Assembly (NCBI GenBank): GCA_002104905.1
Contig: MCFE01000181.1
Span: 62,001 to 126,000, forward strand
Length of the DNA: 64,000 nucleotides
From: Basidiobolus meristosporus CBS 931.73
Taxonomy: Eukaryota > Fungi > Basidiobolomycota
Direction: 5' to 3'
Part shown: piece after piece, positions 25,524 to 37,406 of the stretch
How the letters are laid out: each line of letters starts with the position of its first letter
Numbering within the stretch: position 1 is the stretch's first letter
Notes under the pieces: generated by a model
Databases searched by the model: none
Told to the model about the DNA's origin: nothing
Seen by the model: only the letters and a program-made list of their open reading frames with translations
Made by a program: the position numbers and the translations under genes

Positions 25524-28500
25524 CCCTATGAAAAATAATTTGGTCCTGCAGGTGGATCTGGATTGGATCAACCATCAAGATCCCATTTAGAGACCATCAT
25601 AATACCAGCAGCTTGGAATTAGTGACCCTCCTGACAATCTTATGATGGGATCATGACAGTGTTTTACTAATTTTACAACCAAATAGAGGGATAAAACTTG
25701 ACAATAATTTATTGGTGCTGTGATGATATTTGCATGGTATTGTTGCGGTCTTTAGTGCTCTATACCTATTTTAAGTGGATCCAGCTGGCCAGGACATCCA
25801 ATTGCCTTATATGGCAAGAAACCTAACAGTATTTTGACAGCCTCACAGCAAGACTCTGATGGCATTATATTGGCAGTATGATGGCCTACTGCTGGTACTG
25901 TATAATGCTACCATACCAATTTACCAAATAGTATTTCCTTTTTCTACCTCCCCTTGTGCAATTCATATATCCCACTGTATAATCACCCCTCTTTATTTGC
26001 TTACCCACTACTACCTTGGGTATTCTACATATAGTTCAAGTAAAAAAACTATGGCCTCCTGCTTACTAACCTCTACAAATGCGCACACCTGCCGCAATTG
26101 ACATACTTCTATCACCTCAACTGTACAGCATTTTAGTGTGATAGTTGCAAAGTTGCCATATACCTTGTACTGCTGGTAACATATACATCTTGCAAACATA
26201 TGCTTGGTTGTTGCCACTTCTGTCATGAATAACTCCTGAATATTGGCAAAGAACTTCATGGTATTAAGCCAATATATTCCTTCTCCCTGCTGGATTCTAG
26301 TCCCCTGTATAGGTGTGCTCTGGCTTTTGTTTGTGTGAATTCCATGTTGAGTGGTGTAGAAGTTGACTTGTAACCATGAGAATCCGGCATATCTTGGTAG
26401 AATTTTCCTGATAAAAATTAGTTGCTTATTGCACCCAACCCAACTTTGCATTACTTAACTGATTACCCACGCATTGGAGCTGCTTAGCTTCTTAATGCCA
26501 TAGGCATAGGTGTCTCCATGTGCACATTTGTCCTCTGTATTTCTCAACTCTTTCTGGCTGTCCTCCATGTGCCAGCTCATCACATCCATGATGGACTTGA
26601 AGGTAATATTCATCATGAGATTGGGACATGGTAGTACCTGCAACTTGACTTGTCTTCCTTGCTGGTAGAGTACTTGATTAATGAGAATCCATCAGGTGCT
26701 AAAGCAAAGGCATGGTCATACATACCTTCACAGTAGCCCTTGCTTCTTAGCTGTTTGTAATGTTTGCCATCTAAAATATTGGATATGAATGTCATGCAAC
26801 TGTTAGCACATGCTGGAATCAGGTCAGTCTCTGGATCATATGTTGCCAGTTGCATGACAGTTGACTACTTGTACCATGTACATGATAGGTTGCATCCTAG
26901 TATCACTTTAGCAAGAAGTAGTAATAAATCCACATAGCCCCCATTACTGATATTAGTGGAAATGCACCACTTCTCTAGCCACAACATTACATCATTCACC
27001 AGTAGATGAATTACTGGGCTCACTTGGCTCCATAGAGTATCCTTAGCATTTGTTTCAACGGGCGTTGTCTTGTTGTATATAGTGATTTTGCCAGGCTCAT
27101 ATGTGGTACTGTTGTTAGGAGAGATAGGCTCAAAATCCATCAGTGAATATTCTTTGTTAGAGCTATCACTCTGCAAGCCATGTTCAGAAGGCTGAGGTGA
27201 GCCTAAAGGCATCACAGACTCACCTGACTCAGTTTGCACAAGGTGACAAAGATGGCCAGGGGCCAATATAAAAGTATCAACTGACCTGCAAGATAATGTT
27301 GGTAAAGTAGTGACCAATGAATGATCCAATATGACCAGTGTGGCAAAACACTGGCCATGCTCCTTGTAATACGTCCTATACTCTCTGCATGCTTCATGGC
27401 TGAGAGGCTTGCCACAATAGCCACATGGTCTTTTTTCTCTTCTCTTACAGTGTTGAGTCAAAGTAGTCTTGTCCATGTGGCAAACAGTATGACCTTCAAT
27501 AATGTAATGCTATTATATCACTTTTTGGTTAATAATCATGTGGACCTAAGACAGTCTTGTATTTGACACATTGCACCTACATGAATGTAAGATTCAATGA
27601 TGACCCACCATAGCAAGCATTATAAATAAAGTTGTGACACCACATACACACATATATGTAACACTATTTCCCCTTTGGTTTGACTCATTACAATATATAT
27701 GCCACCAAAGAATAAATCAAAGTTGTCTGGTTCTCAACAAAACCCCACCATTGACAGCAACAGAAGAACAGTTGGACAACAGCTTGCTTTGACATTCAGT
27801 GCAACAAGCAGGGCTATAGGCAAAAAAGACCCTGTAGACAGTGCACCTATTGAAGGTAAAAATGCGGACTCCTCAAGCTCTCAGTCAAGTAGGCAATTGA
27901 GAACCTCTGCATAGCCACAAGCTGACTGTTATGCTCAGGCAGATGAGAATGTAGCAAAAGCAGTACCCTTAGTTGAAGATCAGCAAGTGGCCATGATAAC
28001 ATCACCACCACACATATTAGCAAGTATGTTGTCAGCTTGTATCAATGCATCAATGAGGCAATTATGTGCAGTAGCTGATAGTATAGGTGCAATGGCCCAG
28101 AGAAATCAGGAAATAGTCCAGAAACAGGATGAGCGGATCATATGTGTAGGGCAATCAATATCCCAGGTAGAGAAAGAAGTATCTTTGCTGCAAAGAAGGA
28201 GCTCAAGTAGCTCAATTTCACAGCCAAGAATTGAGCCATTTCCCAATGTAACATCAGAGGGACACAGTGCAGTCTTTGAAGCTCAACAGCAGTGCCCAAA
28301 GATAAAGCTCACAGAAAAACCTATCATAGCATGGGAGGGAGACAATCTGGTGTTTATACCAAAGCCTAAAAATCCAAAGACATTGATGATCTGTGAAGCC
28401 ATTGTGTGCAATAATGAAGAGTGGGCTAATATACAAGAGGCTGTCAGAAGTCTGGCATGCCATCACCCTAAGGCCGGCATTTCATGGGACCATCAGGAAC

Positions 28501-30099
28501 TCAAGGCAAAGCAGAATGAACTTGACTTGTTCCATGAGCATTATCCTGGACTCAAACAGGCAAACCAATTTTGGGCCAGCATTGGTGTGCTAAGAAAGTA
28601 TATTAAGAACAGCAGAAACTATTAAAGGCAGAAGAACAAGGGTGTTATGGCTAAAGACCAGTGGCTTCCTCAAGAGCCCATTACAAGCAGGGCCAAAAGC
28701 TCCAGACAAGCATCAAAGTGACAACAGGTAGCTGGAAGAGTGCTAATCAGGGACAAGCAGGCAGACATGGATGCACCAGCACCACATTTATCAAGCAAAA
28801 AGCGTAGCGCCACTCAAGAAGCACCCAGTCAAAGTAGCAGTGAAGGACCTGGCAGTGATAAAAACCAGCTGCTTTTACAGGAGCCGGTCACAACTATGGC
28901 TGAGTGCTCAAAATAAGCAGAAAAGAAACATCAGGTTGCCAGAAGAATGCAAGCAAGGGACAAGCAGGCCAAAATAGATGTGTCAGAGCTGATTTTATCC
29001 AGGAGAAAACATAGTTCTTTATGGGAAGCACCCAGACAAAGTAGCAGTGAAAGACTTGGCAGTGATAAAGGAAAAGGTAAAGGGAAAAATGTCTACCCAA
29101 GCCTGAGACAAGGAGGCTTGCAAAAAAAACTGCAGCCCTTGCCAATTAATGCCACAAGCCAGGAACAGACTGGATCCCATCATAGCCAAGAAGAATTATC
29201 AACAAGAAAACAGCTGTTTTTACAAGAGTTGGAAGCGCTGCCAGTAGAGCTACACTCCAGCAAGGTAGATGAGTTTGCTGAAAAAGGCAATTTGTCTACC
29301 ACAGCCTCCACAGCCTCCATTGTTGACAGAGTGGAGATCCCACTGACAGACAAGGCTACAATGTCAAGAGCTCAAAAGACTCTCACAATGCCTTCAGTGG
29401 AGTTTGGAACATTAATAGGCACACCAAGAGGTTGCAGCACTTCTTCAAGAGCAGTGCCCAAAAAAAATGCACTGGAATATTGCAAGGATTTATTGCAAGG
29501 ACTGGTAGATGAGGTGCTAGACCTTGCAGTGCCAGCTGAAGACCAGGATGTGTGGGAACCAGTGATTGAACAGTGGCATAAAGCAGTTGGGTTCCTGCTG
29601 AAGTTGTGGAACCAGAGCATTACAGCGGAAATACTTGTTGAGTTGTTGATTTCAATGGAGTGGCTTGTTGAGTGTGGGGTTGGGCTTAATGTTAGTGTTG
29701 GGTATAGAGACTTGTATAGGTCAGTACAATTGGCAATTGAGGTACAACTGAAGTGTCAACGGAAATAAATCAATTTGTACAAATGAAAATTTAGAGAAAC
29801 AGTTGAGTCAGGAAGTAAGGTGTGTAATGAAGAGGCAATAGCCAATCAATTCAAACAAAAATATGAGGCAACAGTGTGTCCAGGATCAGAGAGTGAGCAA
29901 ATTGGCAGGGAACCAATCAAAAGCCACTTTTACATTATTGTGATGAAAAACTTTGACTAAGTTTTTTGTGATATCTGGGGTGCAATTATTTCTCAGCAGT
30001 CTATGGACAGTGTCCCAACAAGATCAGTACCACTTAGTCACAGGTCTTTGACTTTGTGACAGCATTTTGATGGGATCATCTCAATAATTTCTCATAGGG
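25524..30099. mobile_element. CMC/EnSpm transposon copy 3 (4.6 kb, transposase internally deleted), nested in the transposase 3' end of copy 1
   Basis: Termini CCCTATGAAAAATAATTTGG and ..ATAATTTCTCATAGGG; flanks AAAA/ACAA. Transposase on the minus strand from 27476 has deletions near 26655 and 26790. ORF-B lies at 27699-29768. Confidence 0.9.
27699..29768 (+). pseudogene. ORF-B of copy 3: one reading frame of ~689 codons with several in-frame stops
   Basis: ORF-track fragments starting at 27699, 27987 and 28947 share one frame. Content: coiled-coil-like segment, central WANIQEAVRSL..FWASIGVLRKYIKNSRNY block, two ~69-aa repeats and a helical C-terminus. Confidence 0.8.
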
Positions 30100-32545
30100 A
30101 CAAGGGGAGGTAGAAAAAGGAAATACCATTTGGGAAATTGGTACAGTAGCATTATACAGAGCCAGCGGTAGGCCGTCATACTGCCAATATAATGCCATCA
30201 GAGTCTTGCTGTGAGGCAGTAAAAATACTGTTAAGTTTCTTGCCATATAAAGCAATTGGATGTCCTGGCCAACTGGATCCACTTAAAATAGTTATAGAGC
30301 GCTAAAAGACCACAGCAATACTATGCAAATATTGTCACAGCATCAATGAAATATTATCAAGTTTTATCCCTTTATTTGGTTGAAAAATTAGCAAAACACC
30401 GTCATGATCCTATCATAAGATCATTAGGAGGGTCACCAATTCCAAGCTGCTGGTATTATGATGGACTCTAGACAGGATCCTGAAGGCTGATCTGGATTGG
30501 ATCCACCTGCAGGACCAAGTTACTTTCCATAGGGATTGAGGTACTTGAGTTTCTTCTCTACAGCAAAGATACTGCTTTCTCTACCTGGGATATTGATTAC
30601 TCTACACTTATTATACACTTATCTTGCTTCTGGACTATTTCCTGATTTCTCTGGGCTGTTGCATCTATCCTATCAGCCACTGCATCTAATTACTTCATTA
30701 ATGCTTTGGTATGAGCTGACAACATACTTGCTACTATATGTGGTAGTGATGTTAGGTTGGCCACTTGCTGATCTTCAACTGAAGGTACTGTGTTTGCTAC
30801 ACTCTCATCTGCCTGAGTATAATGGTCAGCTTGTGGCTCCACAGAGGTTCTCAATTACCTACTTGACTGAGAGCCTGAGGAGCCTGCATTTTTACCTTCA
30901 ATGGGCACACTGTCTACAGGGCCTTTTTTGGATGTAGCCCCGCTTGTTGCACTGAATGTCAAAGCAAGCTGTTATCAAACTGTTTTTCTGTTGCTGTCAG
31001 CTGTGGGGTTTGGTTGAGAACCACACAACTTTGCTTTAGTTTTTGACAGCATACATATGGAAGCGAGCCTAACCAATGGGGAAAAGTACTATATATACAT
31101 GTGTACATGGTGCCACAACTTTATTTATAATGCTTACTATGGTAGGTCATCATTGAATCTTACATTCATGTAGGGGCAATATCTCAAATACAAGACTGTC
31201 TTAAATTCACATGAGTATTGACCACAAAGTGATATAGTAGTGTTACATTGTTGAAGGTCAAGCTGTTTGCCCCATAGACAAGACTACATTGATTCAACAC
31301 CATGAGAGAACAGAAGAAAGATCATGTGGCTATTGTAGCAAGCATCTCAGCCAAGAATCATGCAGACAGCATTGGAAGTATTACAAGGATCATGGCTAGT
31401 GTTTTGCAACAAGTCACATTTGACCATTCATCAGTCACTACTCTACCAACATTATATTGCCAGCCAGTTAATACCTCTATATTGGCATCTGGCCATCACT
31501 AAAACCTTGCACAAACTGAGTCAGGTGAGGTTGTGATATCTTTAGGCTCACTTCAACTTGCTGATTATGGCATGCAGAGTGATAGCTCTGACAAAGAAGG
31601 CTCACTGATGGATTGTGAACCTATCTCCCCTTACAACAGTACCACACATGAGCCTGGTCACATCACAATATGCATTCAGACAGCACCTGTTGAAACAAAT
31701 GCCAAGGATACTTTATGGAGCCAAGTGAGCCCAGTAATTCATCCACTGGTGAGTAATGTAATGTTGTACCTGGAGAAGTGGCACGTTTCTACTAATATCA
31801 GTAATGGGGGCTTTGAGGATTTACTACTACTTCTTGCCAAAATCATTCCGGGATGCAACTTATCATGTACATAGTATAAGTGGACAACTTTCATGGGGCT
31901 GGCAACATATGACCCAGAGACTGTCCTGATTCCAGCATGTGCTAACAGTTGCATGGCATTCACATCCATTGATGTCACCATTACAACATGTCAAAGTTGT
32001 CAAGAATCAACAACCATTGAGGGAAAGCATTGCTCACACTCTGGATATCTTCCAGTTTAATCCTGTTTAAAAAGCTCACTCAGTCCAACAAAGATTGCAA
32101 AGTTATAAAGTACCACACTCAGTATCCATCAAGTGCAAACATATCCAATATACTTGATGGCAAACATTACAAACAGCTAAGAAGCAAGGGCTACTTTGAA
32201 GGTATGTATGACCATGCCTTTGCTTTAGCACCTGATGGATTCTCATGAAACAAGTACTCTACCAGCAAATCCTGCTGGCCACTGATTCTCATCAACCTGA
32301 ATCTGCCACCCATCTAACAGTATCAGAGCCTCAATCTGATGGTAGTCCTGCTGGTATCTGGGCCTAAATCACTGTCCAACCTAGATAGCTACTTGTATCC
32401 ATTGCTGGATGAATTTTGTATGCTTTCCAGCAGGACAACAGTAAATGGCTGTCATATAAAGACACATATTATTATCTGAATTGGAGAAACCACATCTGTC
32501 AAATGTGTGAGATCCAGGGGACTTACTCTGTAACTCAAACATATT

Positions 32546-33062
32546 AGACTTGCTCTGTTGGATAGTGCCACATTGAGCCATGAGTGGAAATGATGCCATA
32601 GTGTGCCAAGGAGGCAAAGTGAGCCTACACTTGGCCACAGAGTGTGAAGCATAGCTCTGCATCTACAGGCAAAGCAGCCCCTGTGTCTCACCCATTGAGC
32701 TGCAGATAATCCACTTCTTGACCTTTCTTTTGGATCAATGTTGTGCAGGATACATAAGAGCAAAAAAAATTGAAGACATGCATTGGGTGCTCAATACCAA
32801 TGGCACTCTGAATCTAGCTCCTGTAGCTTGTATCACGCCACAAAAATGCATAGCACTATCTTGGTCCACTAGTACTATCAGACACTATATTTAAATATTA
32901 ACCCCAAAGTAAAACCTATATGAAGCACCTCTAATGCCAGATAGTACCAGTGGACCAAGATAGTGCCATGCGTTTTTCTGACATGACATAAGCCACAGGG
33001 GCTGGATTCAGAGTGTTTTGGCACCCATGGCTCAATGTGGCACTATCCAACAGAACAAGTCT
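32546..33062. mobile_element. MITE (517 bp) of the PHIS family found at 58331-61742
   Basis: ~40-bp TIR AGACTTG(C/T)TCTGTTGGATAGTGCCACATTGAGCCATG, matching the right end of the autonomous element. ATT duplicated at 32543-32545 and 33063-33065; the empty-site paralog at ~18120-18160 (minus strand) has one ATT fewer. Confidence 0.92.
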
Positions 33063-33758
33063 ATTATTATTACCCAAACACCAGCATTAAGAACATCATC
33101 TTCCCACATAGAGAGTATAAAGAAGGCAACATGCAATTGCAGCAAAGCTGGCAAGGTATTAGCCATTTGCTGGAATATGGAATCAATTGGAAACCTGAAA
33201 TACTTAAGATGGAGGTTAACTGTTGGAACAAATGCATTCCACTGAGAGCAATGCATTTGTTTTTCAACAATATCCCTATACTGATGACTAAGTTGTAAAT
33301 GAAGCATTTCAAGCTGAATGAGCCCTACAGGGTACTGGAGAAATTCAAACAATTGGCAAGATATTTCAGAGTATCCTCTACCCTGAGTACCTCTCACAGG
33401 CTCCAATTAATTTTCATATTCATATGCAACAATACAAATGCAAAGACTGGATGAACTGGATATATATTTATTCAAGTGGTGCTCTGAAGCCATTCCTACT
33501 AAGAGTACACTGGAGGCATTGGGAGTTATGTGTTGGTGTTGTACAAATATTTATCTAGATACAGATCACCAATGCCAACTTGATGCATTGACAGCTTTTA
33601 TGTAAGGGGTTAGTGACTGGACTTGAGTGGCTGTACTATATGCATAATGCTCAAGGCATATATCACTGCTGGTGCTGTATCCATTCTCTACTCCATCTTG
33701 CTTGGTATGCAGAGAATATTGGGCCTTGCTTCTCCTTTTGGAGTTTTCTATAAAAAGA

Positions 33759-35273
33759 CCCTAAAAAAATATTTGGGATGATCCCATTAAAAGGCAGTCA
33801 CATATTCTAAGTCCTGTGACTACCAGGTAGTGATCCTATTAGGGCTCTGTGCAACATCTATCAGAAAGTGATTGCACCACATATTTTACAAAACTGTTTG
33901 TAACATCTTCATCACAACAATACATAAGTGACTTTGATTGGTGCTCTGCCAATTTTCTCCCTTTTTTGATCCCAGACACATTGTACCTCTTATGTATGTG
34001 TGCTTTGATTGGCTATTGCCTTTTTTTCACACTCTTTACTTCCTGACCCAGCCATTTCTCTTACTTTTTATGCTTGCAAGTTGATATATTTCCGTGGACA
34101 CTTCAGTCATACCTCAATTGCCAATTGTATTGAACTATGCATTTACCTATAACCTACACTAACATTAAGCTCTACCCTACAATCAACAAGTAACTCAATT
34201 GCAATTCACAACCCAATAGGCATTTCTACTTTAATGCTCTGTTTCCATTACTTTGGTGGGAATTCTATGGCTTTATGATAGTGTTCATCCACTAGTTCCC
34301 ACACATCTTGGTCTCTGGCCAATACTGCAAGGTCTAGCATATCATCTGCCAGTCTTTCCAATGAATCATGGCAATATTCCAGTGCACTTTCTTGAGCACT
34401 GCTCTTGATGAAGTGCTGCAACCTCTTAGTGTGCCAATTAACGTTTCAAAATTCTAATGAAGGCATTTTGAAACACTTCTGGGTTTTTGACATTGTTGCT
34501 CTGTCTGGAGTGTAGCTCAAATGGCTGCATGTCCAATTCTTGAGAGAACAGCTTTTGTTTTGTTAGTAATTCTTCCTTGCTATCATGGAATTCAGACTGT
34601 ACTGGGCTGTATAAGCACTGAGCTCCTCTTTGAACAAGCAACTGGTAAGTTGTTATCACTACTTCTAAACAAGTTCCTTATATCCAAAGCACTTGTTGAA
34701 TTGCAACACATTATACTTAGTCACAGGCTCCAATTAACATTCACATGTATATGCAACAATATAGGTGCAAGAACTGGATGAACTGTATATGTATTTATTT
34801 GTGTGGGCTTCTGAAGCCTCTTCTATCAAGAGTATCACACTAAATGCTGTAAAGTGGAGGTGATAGATGTATGTCAATTGCGGCAGATGTGAGTGTTTGA
34901 GGAGGTTAGTAAGCAGGAGGCCGTAGTATTTTTTGGCTCAAACTATATGTGAAATATCAACATTGAGGCCATCAAAACACTCTCAAGTCTTTTGCTATAT
35001 CAGGTAGTTGGATACAATGGTTGGATATATCCACTCAAGTAGTTGTAGAGTGCATTAAGACTGCATCAATGCCATGCCACCCTTGTCAAAACACCACCCA
35101 AACACTGTCATGTTTTTCAACTTTATTTGGTAGTAAAATTTGACAAACACCATTGTGATCCATCATAAGATTGTGTAGAGGGTGATTAATTCCAAGCTGC
35201 CAGTATATTAACAGTCTCCTGACAGCTGATCCTGACTGGATACACCCACAGAACCAAGTTATTTCTCATAAGG
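33759..35273. mobile_element. CMC/EnSpm deletion derivative, copy 5 (1.5 kb), nested in the copy 4 transposase
   Basis: Degenerate ends CCCTAAAAAAATATTTG and ..TTATTTCTCATAAGG; flanks AAGA/CAGA. The host transposase resumes as QMCWDIGRQVK. Confidence 0.75.
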
Positions 35274-36217
35274 CAGATGTGTTGGGATATTGGAAGACAA
35301 GTTAAGCTGCCGGTACTACTGTACCCCAATCTTTTCAAAAATATAACCTTTAAGTCTGTCATTGATGTAATGGGTTGGCACATGGAGAACAGCCAGGAAG
35401 AGTTGGAGTATACTGATGATAGTTGGCCACATGGAGACACCTATGCCCTTGCCATTAATAAGATGAGCAATCATTATATGTGGATAATCAGTTAAGTAAT
35501 GCCAAGTTGAGTTGGGTGCAATGAACAACTAATTTGACAGGACTACTATTCCAAAGTATACTGGTTTTCTCATGGTTATAAGCCAGTTTTAACATATTCT
35601 AATACAGATTTTTCACAAACAAGAGCCAGTGCACATCTGTAATGGGGACCAGGATCCAGCAGGGAGAAGGAGTATATTGGCCAAAAAGCAAGATGCTCTT
35701 TGAAGATACTTATGCAATTCCTGTCAAAAGACCACTTAAACACAATTAAGTCAATTTTTTATGGCAGTAGAATCAGCAAAATGCCATCATGATCTCATCA
35801 TAAGATCATGCAGAAGGTGATTAATTCTAAGCTGCCAGCAATTTGACAGACTCATTGCAGGATCCTGCTGGCTTATTTGTCATAGGCTTCTGTACCAACC
35901 ATATCCTGCAGGCCACTATATACCTATATAATGGCACCAGCAGCACTTTTCACATTACAAAAAGTGACTCAATTCAGTAGCTTGCACCTTTTGGCCAGTC
36001 TCAGCCTTCTGAATATGGCCTGCAGAGAGTTAGCTGTGAAGAAGGAGGCTTACTAATGAATTATGATTTCACCTTTCCTCTGTATCCTACATAAGCCTGG
36101 CATAATCTCAGTATCTATTGTAGCAATAGCTGTAGAAAATGCCAAGGATACTCTATTGTGCAAAGTATACCAACTTACTCATTTACTGGTGAATGATGTG
36201 ATGTTGTTGCCAGAGAA

Positions 36218-36585
36218 TTTTGAAACAGTGGACTTTTTAGTAACAATCAGCAGCTAAAAGTCTACTTACCAATTCTGGACAAGTCATAGTAACTGTAGGA
36301 CTCACTTACATCCAAAACTTCACCACTTTCTTTCATATATGTGTGCTATGATTACTCCCATATGGTGTGGATCAAATTAGGACTCTTACCAAACATTAAG
36401 TATTAACCTTGAAACTGTGACGCAATACTCCCAACCATTGAGAGACTCCCCTCATTGATTTTTACTGTTGTATTACATCTACAAAGGTGTAAATATGGTG
36501 CTTCTTGATGAACAAGCTATAGATCAACTGTTATCACATTTCTTGATATGTTTGTAATATCCAAAACACTTCTCAAATTGGAACA
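36218..36585 (+). repeat. Solo LTR of copia family 2 (368 bp), degenerate
   Basis: Aligns end to end with 38034-38399 and 48318-48685. Ends in GGAACA. Flanks GAGAA/TAGCA are an eroded 5-bp TSD. Confidence 0.65.
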
Positions 36586-37406
36586 TAGCAGTGGTCTGTT
36601 TTTGACAATTTCAGTACTGGAGTCATTATAGATTCACTGCCACTCCTTGCCAATATAATTGTAGGATGCAACTTATTATATACATAATTCAAATCAACAG
36701 CTGCCATGCTACTGGAGCCTTCAGCCCAGATACTGTACCAATACCTACATGCATTAGCGGTTGCATAGCATCCACCTTGGAAAATTCCACTATTACAAGG
36801 TGTCCAGCTTGTTAGGAGCTCTCCTCCTTGTGAGGAGAACATTGTTCATACATTAGATGTATTCCAGTAATATGCCTTGACAAGAAGCTTATGCATTCTG
36901 TCAAGTATTACAAAGCAGCATAGTGCTGCACTCAGTATCAATCAAGCATAAATGTTTCTGATATATTTGATGAAAAGCAACTAAACAAATAAGATGTAAG
37001 GGCAACTTTGAAGGTATCTATGGCCATGCCTTTGCCTTAGCACTTGATGGACTTTATTGAGTAAACACTCTACCAGGTCAACCTACTGGATGCTGATACT
37101 CATCAGCCTGAATTGGCAACCAATCTTGCAGTCTCAGAGCCAAAATATGATGGTAGTAATACTAACATCTGTACCTAAAACACTATACAACTAGGATTGC
37201 TACCTAATTATATTGCTGGATGAGTTTTGTGTGCTTTCCAGTAGGACATTTGTAGACGGTAGTCATGTTAAAGCATACATTACTATCTGCATTGCAGATG
37301 TCTCAGTCATGGGGATGACAGATGGCTCATCTGGGTACTATAATGGGAGGTATTGCTGCTCATTGTGTGAGATGCAAGGGATTTATTCCATAACTCACAC
37401 ACATTT

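Larger units (their letters stand above)
11949..30534. mobile_element. CMC/EnSpm (CACTA-type) DNA transposon copy 1, containing nested copies 2 and 3
   Basis: Left end CCCTATGAAAAGTTATTG at 11949; right end ..GTTACTTTCCATAGGG at 30534. ORF-B on the minus strand at 12317-14176 is disrupted. Tnp2 transposase on the plus strand from 24015 (MDKITLTQ..) is disrupted and internally deleted, and resumes at 30100 after copy 3. Confidence 0.85.
30535..35887. mobile_element. CMC/EnSpm transposon copy 4 (left part missing), with nested MITE and copy 5
   Basis: ORF-B 5' part on the minus strand at 30535-31055. Degenerate Tnp2 on the plus strand from ~31273. Degenerate right end ..TTATTTGTCATAGGC at ~35887. 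Confidence 0.75.
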
